Part shown: positions 37,430-47,041 of the stretch, piece after piece
How positions within the stretch are numbered: the first letter of the stretch is position 1
Layout of the letters: each line of letters opens with the position of its first letter
IMG/VR virus record: IMGVR_UViG_3300024352_000023
Location: 1 to 64,000 of that record
DNA: 64,000 bases
Reading direction: 5' to 3' (one strand)
Origin: a virus
The notes under the pieces: generated by a model
What the model was told of the DNA's origin: nothing
Seen by the model: the letters and a program-made list of their open reading frames with translations, nothing else
The model's database searches: none
Made by a program: the position numbers and the translations under genes

Positions 37430-38151
37430 TCTCAACCATCATTCGCAACCGAGCCAAGCACGTTTCCACCTGGGCCAACCAGCTGCAGAGCCTGTGTGAT
37501 GTGCACCAGGATACCGTTTTTGATCTTGTTGTCCTGGAGAACGACTCAAACGATGGTACCAAACAGGCGTTGAATGCAGTTGAGCCCCTGCTTAAAAAGA
37601 AACTGAACAAGGTCAACATTGCGATCCGCAACTTTGATTGGCCTTACTTCCACTCCATCAAGGCAGAAGAACGGGTCAAGTACCTGGCCATGGCACGCAA
37701 CAAGACCTTATCAATTGCCGATGAGATTGTTGGCCTAGAGGCTTACGACAAGGTGATCTCCATCGAACCCGATGTGACGTACAGCACCGTAGACGTAGGC
37801 CGGATGATTCATTCTGACCTTGATATTGCATCTGGCTACAGTGTTCTACCCCAAGGCATGGGTGTACCGGACTGGATTTATGACAGCTGGGCTACCAGGG
37901 TTAATGCTGATGACTCCGAGTATTTCGGCCCCAAAATTTCGGAGCTCCCCGATTGTCTCCCCTTAGCGGCCACCTTCAATTGTTTCTGTGTTTACAAGGC
38001 AGATCCGATTGCACAAGGCATTCGTTTTTCGGAAATCAACCCAAAAACCAAGCAATGGGATTGTGATACCACTACCATCTGCATGGAATTTGCCAAGAGA
38101 GGGCATGACAGAATTGGTATGTACAAGGTACCAATCCTTCATAAGCCCTAA
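37417..38151 (+). CDS. Glycosyltransferase-like protein (GT-A), paralogue of 34356..35204
   Basis: ENDSNDGT, YLAMARNKTL, IEPDV, IYDSWATR. Confidence 0.6.
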   Translation: MRCLISTIIRNRAKHVSTWANQLQSLCDVHQDTVFDLVVLENDSNDGTKQALNAVEPLLKKKLNKVNIAIRNFDWPYFHSIKAEERVKYLAMARNKTLSIADEIVGLEAYDKVISIEPDVTYSTVDVGRMIHSDLDIASGYSVLPQGMGVPDWIYDSWATRVNADDSEYFGPKISELPDCLPLAATFNCFCVYKADPIAQGIRFSEINPKTKQWDCDTTTICMEFAKRGHDRIGMYKVPILHKP

Positions 38152-38533
38152 TGTATATCGTTGCCCCTATAGTAAGAACACCCAAAGAATCCGAGATGTC
38201 TCTTTCTGCTCAAGTCAAAGAGTCTGTCATGCAGGCATCCGATAACTTGCGTGATGCGATTGCATTTGCTGCCCGTGGTGAACACCCCATCGTGATCAGT
38301 ATGTTGTCTGACATGATCACTAGGCTCGAATCCCTGGAGCAAATGGACGAAATCATGGAGAAGTTTGGTGGCCGAACAGAAAAGAAAATTTAGGCAGCCA
38401 ACGGAACAAGAAAGACTAGAAGAATACTTCTGGCAGTTAGAACGACTGATACCCAATCCTCCAAAGGATTGGGCTAAGTCTGCTCGTCCATGTAAGTGGG
38501 CTAAAATATTAGAAGAGAAGAAAAATAATCCTG

Positions 38534-38818
38534 ATGTCTCAGGAGAGTGGTAAGTATACGAAACCAGAGTTACGCGAGCGTATCAAAGATCGTGTGATGG
38601 CTGGATCGAAGGGCGGAAAGCCTGGGCAGTGGTCTGCCCGTAAGGCTCAGCTTGTGGCCCAGGAGTATAAGGAAGCAGGCGGCGGGTATAAAGGAGGTAA
38701 GGGTGAGAAGCAGAAGTCCCTGGAGAAGTGGGGCAAAGAGAAGTGGATGACGAAAGACGAATACGAGAAGCGCAGTAAAGCTAAGTCTGCTGCAAAGAAA
38801 TACAAAGAGAGTAAGTGA
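38534..38818 (+). CDS. DUF5872-like protein, N-terminal half
   Basis: KYTKPELRERIK...GGKPGQWSARKAQL...YKEAGGGYKG. Confidence 0.6.
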   Translation: MSQESGKYTKPELRERIKDRVMAGSKGGKPGQWSARKAQLVAQEYKEAGGGYKGGKGEKQKSLEKWGKEKWMTKDEYEKRSKAKSAAKKYKESK

Positions 38819-39777
38819 TGGGTAACTTATTTCAACAGCTTTTAAATAAGGTTAACCGTGGTTACGGTCAAGCAGACAAGAATTTATTTGGTGGGTTGTT
38901 GCCTGGTGGTGCAGCAACACCTATAGGTGCAGCATTACAAAGATCAGGCATTCCTAAAAATAGACAGCCAAGTGATTTTGAGCGTAGGAAAGCATCATTA
39001 ATTGATGCAGCGGCTACTGCCGTAAGTAATTCCCAACCTTTTGTTGAGAAAACAATTAAAGCATCTCCAGAATCGGTACAAGGTGCAATTGCTTCTGGAT
39101 TAAATGCGCTTCCTTTTAGCGTTAACTTATTTGGTAGGTATTACACAGGTTTAGGCGATAAGAATCTTCAGATACCCGAATCCGCAACTCGTGGCATTAA
39201 ACAAGTTTTAGATACTTCTGTTGCAAACACTCAGAAAAGAATTAAAGAATCAGAATCAACAATAGAAAATTTATCTAGCATGTTGACTGCAGTTCGTAAT
39301 AAACAATATCCACTTCAACAAGCAACTGCATCAGGTCCATTTGGTGGGTATGTACCACCAGCAGAAGAGATAAACAATGCTTTAGCCGAAGAAAAAAGTA
39401 AGTTAAACAGGATAAAACAAGGGGATATTCCTTTTTATGGTTACTCAGCAACTGACAGTAATCCTTTGACTTCACCTGCTACTTCTTTTGGAAGTCTGTG
39501 GTTTAGCCCAAATCAAAACGGATATAGATCAAACGAAAAATACGATTTTGTTTACGGAGCTGCTGATGCAAAAGTTCCAAGTGGACCAGATCCAATGGGA
39601 GTTACCTTCTTAGATCCTTCTCAAGAAGCGGCTTTAAATGCTGCAATGGGGATACAATTACCAGGAGGAAAAAAACAAATGGTCACAACAACAACGCATC
39701 CTCTTACCTTCTTTGGTCGTTCAGTTGTGATGAAGATGCCAGATAAATCGTTTACATATCCAATTAACATTCGTTAA
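38818..39777 (+). CDS. Hypothetical protein (possible virion protein)
   Basis: About 320-aa AT-richer ORF between the two DUF5872-like halves. Confidence 0.5.
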   Translation: MGNLFQQLLNKVNRGYGQADKNLFGGLLPGGAATPIGAALQRSGIPKNRQPSDFERRKASLIDAAATAVSNSQPFVEKTIKASPESVQGAIASGLNALPFSVNLFGRYYTGLGDKNLQIPESATRGIKQVLDTSVANTQKRIKESESTIENLSSMLTAVRNKQYPLQQATASGPFGGYVPPAEEINNALAEEKSKLNRIKQGDIPFYGYSATDSNPLTSPATSFGSLWFSPNQNGYRSNEKYDFVYGAADAKVPSGPDPMGVTFLDPSQEAALNAAMGIQLPGGKKQMVTTTTHPLTFFGRSVVMKMPDKSFTYPINIR

Positions 39778-39779
39778 TT

Positions 39780-39980
39780 ATGGCTGATAAAGCTATACAA
39801 AAGGGATATACAAAGCGTTACCTCCCAGAGAGTGCGTGGGCTTCTTTATCCAAAGAAGAACGTCAGGAGACGGATCAAAAGAAACGTGCTGCTAGTCGAG
39901 AAGGAAAGCAATTTGTACCGAATACAGAGAAGGCAAAACAAGCCGGTCGTGCCGCCCGTCGTTATAAACAAAGTAAGTAA
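39780..39980 (+). CDS. DUF5872-like protein, C-terminal half
   Basis: TKRYLPESAWASLSKEERQETDQKKR.ASREGKQFVPNTEKAK. Confidence 0.55.
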   Translation: MADKAIQKGYTKRYLPESAWASLSKEERQETDQKKRAASREGKQFVPNTEKAKQAGRAARRYKQSK

Positions 39981-40011
39981 ATCTATAATCAAAAGAGATA
40001 CTTAAAGATTC

Positions 40012-40179
40012 ATGGCACAAGCTAAAAAGCCAGCTGCAGGCAAGGCAGTTCCCCCTAAAGGTAGAGCGGTTCCTCCCAAAGGGAAAGCAGGTGCCACCGA
40101 TAAGCAAGCTGCTGCTCGCGACAAGTTCAAAGAGATGATTGCAAAGAAGAAGGAAGCTGCCGCGAAGAAGAAAAAATAG
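40012..40179 (+). CDS. 55-aa histone-like basic protein
   Basis: MAQAKKPAAGKAVPPKGRAVPPKGKAG...KKKEAAAKKKK*; TATAAT upstream. Confidence 0.55.
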   Translation: MAQAKKPAAGKAVPPKGRAVPPKGKAGATDKQAAARDKFKEMIAKKKEAAAKKKK

Positions 40180-40201
40180 TGATATCCTGACACAGGAGCA
40201 A

Positions 40202-40268
40202 TTCAGCTCTGGGACTAATAGTCGAAAAGTCCCTCCACGTTACGAACGTGGCGCTTACGGCAGCTGAG
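40202..40268 (+). ncRNA. Candidate structured RNA (multi-stem junction)
   Basis: UUCAGCU/AGCUGAG closing stem enclosing GGGACU/AGUCCC and CCACGUU/AACGUGG hairpins; intergenic. Confidence 0.45.
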
Positions 40269-40283
40269 TGAGAAGGAAGTTAT

Positions 40284-40311
40284 GATCCCGGTATAACAAC
40301 CGGGATTTTTT
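40284..40311 (+). terminator. Terminator-like hairpin
   Basis: ATCCCGGT-ATAACA-ACCGGGAT followed by a T-run. Confidence 0.6.
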
Positions 40312-40992
40312 GTGACTACTCTTGTAGCCAACGTACCACCAGTCAAGGTGTGGGTACGCAGGGAGTATTTACGTGATCTGCGGGATGGGCATGGTGAGTA
40401 CACGCCCGGCTATTGGGTGACGTGTAAATCCCTTACGGGTCGTGCCCTGTACTTTGAGACCTACTTGACGGAGTACGGTGCGTTGTATGACAAGCTTCCT
40501 ATCAGTGCATTTCTTGCATGGGATCCCAACCATCCGAAAAAACCAGAAAGTCCAACACCAGACCTGGAGCTAACTGACCTGCAGTTTTGGAATGGATTTG
40601 ATCACGGGCTTACGGTCATTGAAAAGAACTTGATCTTCAATATGGAGTTTCAAGTGATGACGCGTAGTGCGGGTGTAATGAAGGGCACATACTTATTTAC
40701 GATTGACAATTATCATCCTCATAGAAACGAACCCGATTTCTACTTTGCGGAGTTCCCCGATGAGCACAAATCCCATAACATTGTGGCTCTGGACAACGGT
40801 CAAATTGGTGCTTATCCCAATAACCGTTGCCGCATGTGCGATCCATCACTGACCAATCACAACCTCAAGACCCCAGACTTCAAAGTATCTACCCGTTACT
40901 TTGATGTGGAGCATGCGCCCAAATGGGGACGCTTGGGCGAACAAGATGATTACTTCTGGAAGACACCCAACGAAATAAACACAGAAAGTTAA
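40312..40992 (+). CDS. Conserved phage hypothetical protein
   Basis: GALYDKLPISAF...YLFTID...EHKSHN...LDNGQ..AYPNNR. Confidence 0.65.
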   Translation: MTTLVANVPPVKVWVRREYLRDLRDGHGEYTPGYWVTCKSLTGRALYFETYLTEYGALYDKLPISAFLAWDPNHPKKPESPTPDLELTDLQFWNGFDHGLTVIEKNLIFNMEFQVMTRSAGVMKGTYLFTIDNYHPHRNEPDFYFAEFPDEHKSHNIVALDNGQIGAYPNNRCRMCDPSLTNHNLKTPDFKVSTRYFDVEHAPKWGRLGEQDDYFWKTPNEINTES

Positions 40993-41023
40993 CGTAATTA
41001 GAATAGAGAAAAGCAATACAGCA

Positions 41024-41731
41024 ATGGCGCGTTCTACTGATTTCCTTTATCGATACCGTGACGTTTTAAACAAGTTACGTTCTGATAAGGATTCTGGTTT
41101 ATCCAATAAGCAGGAGCGCCGTACTGCGGCAAGGCAAGCACGTTCTGGCATCCGGAAAGATAAGGCTGCCGCCGCTGCTGCTGGTAATATTTATCAATCT
41201 CCTGCTGATAGAGCAGCTTCTGTTGCTGCCATTCCGCAAGAGTTCATTGATCGTTATGGCTCTCAGGCAGGAAGTATGTATGCCAACAGCCAAGTTAAGA
41301 GCGCAGATCTGAACAAACAATACGCTGCCGTTGGTGCAACCCAACAAGATATTGATCGTTACGGCAGTGATGCCTTAGATGTGGCGCGTGCACGTCAGTT
41401 AAACGAACTTCAAAAAAGTCGTGGTTTAGAAAGATTGACCGCTGGTTCACCAGAGCAACGTCAACAAGCTTTGGATGAAAGCTATCGGTTGGCGCAATCG
41501 GCTGGTATTCCTGCTGCCCGTGGATCCAAGGAAGCAACTCGTGAGTTCTATACCAAGGAGTTTGCAAAGTTTGGTGATAATCCAAACGTGTTTGGTATGA
41601 AGGATTTACTTGAGATGCGCAATCGTGGCGAGAGTGAAGGCGACATTCGTCGTATGGCTTTAACCATTGGTGCCGTTGGTCCTCAGGCCCAGAAAGCATT
41701 AGGCCTTGGCTATTTGAACCGCAACTTCTGA
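41024..41731 (+). CDS. Hypothetical protein (possible virion protein)
   Basis: TAGAAT upstream; Ala/Gln-rich helical ORF with an internal IDRYGS repeat. Confidence 0.5.
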   Translation: MARSTDFLYRYRDVLNKLRSDKDSGLSNKQERRTAARQARSGIRKDKAAAAAAGNIYQSPADRAASVAAIPQEFIDRYGSQAGSMYANSQVKSADLNKQYAAVGATQQDIDRYGSDALDVARARQLNELQKSRGLERLTAGSPEQRQQALDESYRLAQSAGIPAARGSKEATREFYTKEFAKFGDNPNVFGMKDLLEMRNRGESEGDIRRMALTIGAVGPQAQKALGLGYLNRNF

Positions 41732-41851
41732 TTTGACAAGTTGGTATAATAAAAAAGTTCCCGCTCTCTTTTGATCGGGCTAAGTCCTGGGAAACCAGGC
41801 CGCCAGTTCTGAGGTCCGTCGTTGGTTGCGGGTTGCCTTCCCTGGCGTCAG

Positions 41852-41925
41852 CGAGAATTAGCGCAGTTTGGTAGCGCATCTGCTTTGGGAGCAGAGGGCC
41901 GCAGGTTCAAATCCTGCATTCTCGA
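41852..41925 (+). tRNA. tRNA-Pro(UGG)
   Basis: CGAGAAT acceptor, GCGCAGTTTGGTAGCGC D-arm, CTGCT-TTGGG-AGCAG anticodon arm, GGTTCAAATCC T-arm; CCA not encoded. Confidence 0.92.
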
Positions 41926-42000
41926 TTATTCAGATTCTCGATAAATTGCGTTTATCAAGAATCCTGATAAATTATATTTACGCGTGCACAAAAACTATAC

Positions 42001-42279
42001 GTGGCTTGGGCTGATGCCAAAAAACGTATCGATAAGAATCGACAAAAGCTTCTGGAGTACAAGAAGACTTTGCAGTGCGAGAAGTGTGGGCTGGATGATC
42101 ACCGCGTCCTTGAGTTCCACCACGTAGGTGATAAGGATAACAACATTTCAAGTATGGTGAATCACGGTTACGCCTGGAGCAGGGTAGAGCAAGAGATCGA
42201 GAAGTGCATCCCTCTTTGCTGCAACTGCCATCGCCTGGAGCATTGGGAATCTAGTGTTCTTCAAACACATATTCCATAA
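42001..42279 (+). CDS. Small HNH endonuclease
   Basis: CEKCG...LEFHH...EIEKCIPLCCNCHR.EH. Confidence 0.75.
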   Translation: MAWADAKKRIDKNRQKLLEYKKTLQCEKCGLDDHRVLEFHHVGDKDNNISSMVNHGYAWSRVEQEIEKCIPLCCNCHRLEHWESSVLQTHIP

Positions 42280-42438
42280 TGCATCCATAGAGCTTGGACT
42301 TCATTTCAGCCAAGAACTCAACTTCAGGTGAATCAGTGTCCTCAGGAGGCCACTGTTCATGAACTGATTTAATTGTGTTGTAAAGAAACCGGAGACCTCT
42401 GATGTCCAGCTCAATAGTGCAAGCTGACTTGAAGGTCA

Positions 42439-42990
42439 TCAACCATTCCGCAGCGTTGCTTTGACAAACCAAGCAGCTTTAAAGGCTTGACCACAGAGGT
42501 CAGCCATGTAGTTCTGGATATCAATAGCACCGACCTTAGCAGCGATGGGCTCCAGCTTTTTGGTCTTCATGCCCAGTTCTTCCAGGTTCTTGTAGTACGT
42601 GGCGAGTTGATCCGTACCTTTATAGCTGGTAACGTGTTGAATACCAGGGCCAGCATCAGCTAGACCCCTGGCGCACATTGGCAGCAGGTAGTCCATGCTG
42701 CGAATGAATTCAGCAAGCGTATCAAACTGAGTCTGATGAGCCTCGTATTGGTCTCCAAGGAATGCGTGCACCCCGAGGAAGTTCGACCCCTCGTAGTTCA
42801 GGTGAATCAGATGGGCCTGTGTCTGAAGTTCCTTGAGGTAGGAACACAGGGAGATGCACTGCTGGATGAATGCCCCGACATCACCATTCTTTGATTTACC
42901 AGGAGCTTTTGGCTTCTCTTGTGGCTGAGGAGCAGTTTGAGGAGCGGGGGTTTGAGCTACGGGAACCGTCTGGGGGCCGGGGGTATACAT
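42439..42990 (-). CDS. dps: Dps/ferritin-like DNA-protecting protein
   Basis: HLIHLNYEGSNFLGVHAFL...QFDTLAEFIR ferroxidase signature. Confidence 0.75.
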   Translation of the reverse strand: MYTPGPQTVPVAQTPAPQTAPQPQEKPKAPGKSKNGDVGAFIQQCISLCSYLKELQTQAHLIHLNYEGSNFLGVHAFLGDQYEAHQTQFDTLAEFIRSMDYLLPMCARGLADAGPGIQHVTSYKGTDQLATYYKNLEELGMKTKKLEPIAAKVGAIDIQNYMADLCGQAFKAAWFVKATLRNG

Positions 42991-43016
42991 AGTCTTAATG
43001 CGCTTTTTCTAGTTTA

Positions 43017-44327
43017 TCAGCGAGAAACTTCTTCCCAATCCAATGCTGAGAAGACAGTATCACCATCTGATTTAGAGGCAACAGCAAAGATCAGTTCTGT
43101 TGGTGTACCTGTAAAAGAATCCCGTTCCAGCTGGTACTTAAACAGTTGATCAGTCGTCAGCTCTAATACGTTTTGGCCTTGTGTATTGGCGGAGATAAAA
43201 CCTGCAGCTAGTGTGTTACCACCGGAGATGGAGACACCGCTGAGGTTGTATTCCACAGGAGAGTTCGTGCCAGCACTGGTCCACGTACCACCAGACACGG
43301 TACCGCCTTGGATAACCTTCCAGTTAAAGACAGCGTTGTTCCCTTGTCCAAGCATGCTTAACGCATTAGGAATGACAACAGCATCAAGACGTGTGGACTT
43401 CAGGCGGATGGCCGCCGCTGGATAGAACACACCACTGTTGGTGCAAACACGTGGCGAGTTAAGTGCGTTGGATGCAGAGTTGGCATCCCCACGAACTTGA
43501 TACCCACCTTCTGAGATGACGGTGGAGCAGATTTGCTTGAGGGTACCGCTTGCGCTGAGGGTATTCAGTGCCTCAATTTCGTAACGTGCCGGCAGAGTTG
43601 CTGTTGTGATGTAGGTACCAGGAACGATGTTGGCGTGGTGGAATGAATGGCAAAGGATGAATTGACCGTTGATCACAAAGCCAGTGCGGACGGTGCCGAC
43701 ACCAAGCCATTCGATATCAGCCCAGAAGATTTGAGACTTGGTTGGATCCAGAGTGATCTTGGATTCACCACTACCGTTGAGCTTGTCACCATTCCAGCTG
43801 GACTGAGGGATGATGGTTTCAGTAACGGTGCCACTGACAGAGGAGCGTTCAACGATGGAATAGGTATCACCCGACTGCTGGAAGTAAATGCCATTGCCGC
43901 TGCTGAAGTAACCAGCCCGTTGCCGCAGGTTGGTTTGACCAGAGGACATGACAAAGGTGTTCATGATCAGCAGGGATTTACCTGGCTGATACGGGAACAC
44001 ACGATTGGTTTCACGGTAGACCTTGGAACCCGATACGGTTCCAACACTCATGTTGACCAGGCCTTCGTTGCTGCTAAAGGTGACGGTACCGCTGGTGCCT
44101 GTGGATGTAGCCCAGTGGCCATTAACGCTATAGCGATGGCTGGAATCAAAGAGTGTGAGTGGATTAGAGACGCGTAAACGTCCAAAGGCATCACCAGCTG
44201 TAGTCGCTGGTTGCATATAAACAGTATTGCCGCTTGCTGTAGTGACCTCCAGTGGTTGCCCACTGCAGGTCTGAACTTTAACAACTTCGTATAAAAGGGG
44301 TTCCCCTGACTCTCTATAGATGGGCAT
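43017..44327 (-). CDS. Conserved phage (probable virion) protein
   Basis: DAFGRLRVSNPLTLFDS...YQPGKS...EWLGVGTVR.GF motifs. Confidence 0.6.
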   Translation of the reverse strand: MPIYRESGEPLLYEVVKVQTCSGQPLEVTTASGNTVYMQPATTAGDAFGRLRVSNPLTLFDSSHRYSVNGHWATSTGTSGTVTFSSNEGLVNMSVGTVSGSKVYRETNRVFPYQPGKSLLIMNTFVMSSGQTNLRQRAGYFSSGNGIYFQQSGDTYSIVERSSVSGTVTETIIPQSSWNGDKLNGSGESKITLDPTKSQIFWADIEWLGVGTVRTGFVINGQFILCHSFHHANIVPGTYITTATLPARYEIEALNTLSASGTLKQICSTVISEGGYQVRGDANSASNALNSPRVCTNSGVFYPAAAIRLKSTRLDAVVIPNALSMLGQGNNAVFNWKVIQGGTVSGGTWTSAGTNSPVEYNLSGVSISGGNTLAAGFISANTQGQNVLELTTDQLFKYQLERDSFTGTPTELIFAVASKSDGDTVFSALDWEEVSR

Positions 44328-44870
44328 GATTTATAGATCGTTTCTTTTTATTATCTCAGCCCTCCATTTTGCACGCAGGTGACCGTAGTCCCTTGGCTCT
44401 GTTACAGGGACATTATCAGCTTCGCAGATATCACAAGTTCCGTTGTGATAAGTAGCGCAATGATGAGGCGGACCAATGTAATACCCTTTTTTGTACCAGT
44501 TACCGTAGCTTGCTCCACAGTCATGGCAGATCTTTGTGGGGTAGTTGTCGTTATTGTACCGAGACATCTTTCTTGATAAGGTCAAGGAGTGTTTTAGCTT
44601 TGTCGTACTCTTTCTTGCAATGCTCGTAGTTATCTTCTAGTGCTGTGATTAAACACTGATAGATCTGATCTGGCGTTAATTCACCAGCTGCTTCAACGAT
44701 TGTGTCGCCAAAGCTATCAGTTGTTTTCTTGATTGGGTCATAGCTGTTGGCATTAAACCAAGTTTGCCATTCATTGATGGCATCAATAGGTTCGTGAGGA
44801 TGTTCCATAGTACAAAGGACGCACCACCAGGGTGGCACGTCCAGTAAGTTTTGTTAGTTCAATGTAAGCA

Positions 44871-45140
44871 TTAAGCAACAATTTCTACAGGTTCAGTGAC
44901 AGCCTGTAGCTTTCCTTCTTCATATTGGCGTACGGCATCCAACATTTCGAAGTAACGATCCCGCATGATAGGACCTGCTTCACGGATGCAGAACTCTTGC
45001 CACAAACCGGTATAGAGTCCGACAATACCAGGGCCTGCATTGGCACGACCAGAGCATTGATACATGTGCTCCATGAAGTCAGCTTTACGTTGCTCGGCGT
45101 TTACATCCCAGCCGGCAAGATAGTCAGTGTTCATGGTCAT
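44871..45140 (-). CDS. Hypothetical protein
   Basis: ORF in a run of small coupled - strand genes. Confidence 0.45.
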   Translation of the reverse strand: MTMNTDYLAGWDVNAEQRKADFMEHMYQCSGRANAGPGIVGLYTGLWQEFCIREAGPIMRDRYFEMLDAVRQYEEGKLQAVTEPVEIVA

Positions 45141-45369
45141 CAGTCGTCAGTTGCAATGGCGGTACAAGAAGTATAGACACCAGTGACCTGGTCCAGCTCA
45201 AAGAGAAGGTCATGCAATTCATCTTGCAGCGACTCAGCTATTTCTTCTGCCGTTTTGCCGCTGAAAGAATTGTATGTAACTTCAACGTCAACTGCAAATG
45301 ACACAGTTAACTTAGGGACCGGTACAGTTTCCATCCTTTGGATGTATGGCGTATTAACTGTAGCAGTAT

Positions 45370-45777
45370 TTAGAAGAGAGTTCCGAAGTCAAAGTTACCC
45401 ATATAACGACCAGCCAATGCTTGATTTGTAAAGATATCTGCAGCTTGGTTGGCAGTATTCAAGAACCCGCTACCTGTATAACCAAGCAGGTTACTAAGGC
45501 TTAAGTCATTAACACCAGGACGCCGTGGCCGCAACTCAGAAAGCTTACGGGCATAGCCACTTTCCCTTAGTGCGTTAACCAGTTCCCGTGCTTGGCCTGA
45601 AACGTCTTGTGCTTCTGTGATGTCACCACGACGACGGCTATTCTTTAGACGATACAGCGCTGTCTGTGCCACAGGACTGCTTTGATCCCATGCACCAGTG
45701 CTGCCAAGGGAACCTAAGGAATTCCAGGTTGATTCAGGGTTGCTATAGCTTCTAGCAAGTTGGCCTGCGTAGCCCAT
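45370..45777 (-). CDS. Hypothetical protein
   Basis: 135-aa ORF coupled to the upstream gene. Confidence 0.45.
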   Translation of the reverse strand: MGYAGQLARSYSNPESTWNSLGSLGSTGAWDQSSPVAQTALYRLKNSRRRGDITEAQDVSGQARELVNALRESGYARKLSELRPRRPGVNDLSLSNLLGYTGSGFLNTANQAADIFTNQALAGRYMGNFDFGTLF

Positions 45778-45778
45778 C

Positions 45779-46042
45779 TCAGTTACCTAACAGACGCTCG
45801 AGCGAATGTGCTTGGTGTTGCTGGTAGTAACCAAGCCGTTCTTGAATCAAGTTGTAGTAGTTGATTGCAGCATCAACCATTTCTTCTGCATCCATTGAGG
45901 ACGCAAGGTTTTCATTGGCAAGCATGGATGCCGTCAAGATGACGACACCATGTTCCATTTTGGAACCAATGGTTGCAGACAATGGAGTCCCATCATTGGT
46001 AAAACCAGCGATCAACTTGTTCAGCACTGGATCACCGCCCAT
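45779..46042 (-). CDS. Hypothetical protein
   Basis: 87 aa with an AGGAG SD-like sequence upstream. Confidence 0.5.
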   Translation of the reverse strand: MGGDPVLNKLIAGFTNDGTPLSATIGSKMEHGVVILTASMLANENLASSMDAEEMVDAAINYYNLIQERLGYYQQHQAHSLERLLGN

Positions 46043-46324
46043 GGGACTCCTGTCGTATCTACCTATTGTATTGCAGTTTATTTAGCTACTTTCTCACGTT
46101 GCAGCCAATACCAATAGGCATGGGATGCATTCTGATGAAAGCGTTTACCCACCAGTAGTTTGAGCTTCTTTTGCTCTAGTTCATCAAGGCGTCCTTCGTT
46201 GTAAGGAAGAACTTCATTGCCATCGGCAAGCATGTTGATCTCAAGAGCATTCATCTCCAGTTGGAGGTTGAAGTCTTCGATGGCATGCTCATGGCAATTC
46301 ATCTTGATGCGTGCATCTTCCCCA

Positions 46325-47038
46325 TCAGTCGGCGGCGTCAATTTCAGGTAGAAGCTCTCCTGGATACTCGGATGCAGCCAAGTCCATTCCTTTACGGTCG
46401 AAGACTCGTGTGGAACGTACGCTGTAGTCTTGTTTGACTTGGACTCCAGCTGGTAATTGTTTACCCGTTTGATAGGCGTCACGGATTGCATCGAGGTTAG
46501 GGAGGACTTTAGTGGTTGATTTGGGTTCGATTCTCTCATCGAGAATGTCTCCTGAGAGTGATCGTAATACAACTCGCTTGGTTGTGGTGACTGTTTCTTC
46601 AACGCAATAAAGTTCTCTTTCTTTAGTGTGCCAAAACTCCGGGTCCGTGGAGATTTCGACTGTGAGTTCCTTCTTTTTAACAAGGGTGAACTGGTAGTTA
46701 CGACCGGTGATCTTGTTCGAATCCTGGGGCAGAACCCGACGTAAATAACTTAGCAAGCCTTTGAGGGACCGCAGTTGGGATTCGTGGTGACGCTTGGCTT
46801 GCGTGATGAGATCCCCTTCTTTTTTGATCCGCTCCAACGCATCTTCATGCGCTGCCATTGCGTAGTAGATGCGATCAATCTTCTCTGAACGGAGGAGGGC
46901 ACAAGCTTCCAGCTCAGCTTTTGCCAGCTCTTGGGATTCAGGAGTGAGAAGAGGCAGAGACTTTTCGAGAGCAGCATAGTGCTCGTAAAGCTTAAGGATA
47001 TTGAGATCCTTGAGTTTAGTCTGTGTGATTTGAGTCAT
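46325..47038 (-). CDS. Siphovirus Gp157-like protein
   Basis: Coiled coil EKID...IKKE...LK.LL.YL and C-terminal PNLDAIRDA...G.QLP.GV. Confidence 0.6.
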   Translation of the reverse strand: MTQITQTKLKDLNILKLYEHYAALEKSLPLLTPESQELAKAELEACALLRSEKIDRIYYAMAAHEDALERIKKEGDLITQAKRHHESQLRSLKGLLSYLRRVLPQDSNKITGRNYQFTLVKKKELTVEISTDPEFWHTKERELYCVEETVTTTKRVVLRSLSGDILDERIEPKSTTKVLPNLDAIRDAYQTGKQLPAGVQVKQDYSVRSTRVFDRKGMDLAASEYPGELLPEIDAAD

Positions 47039-47041
47039 GGC

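Noticed and set aside
40211-40233. Hammerhead ribozyme (CUAAUAG...GAAA resemblance)
   Set aside because: There is no CUGAUGA core and no stem II between the segments; the motif sits in a simple hairpin loop.
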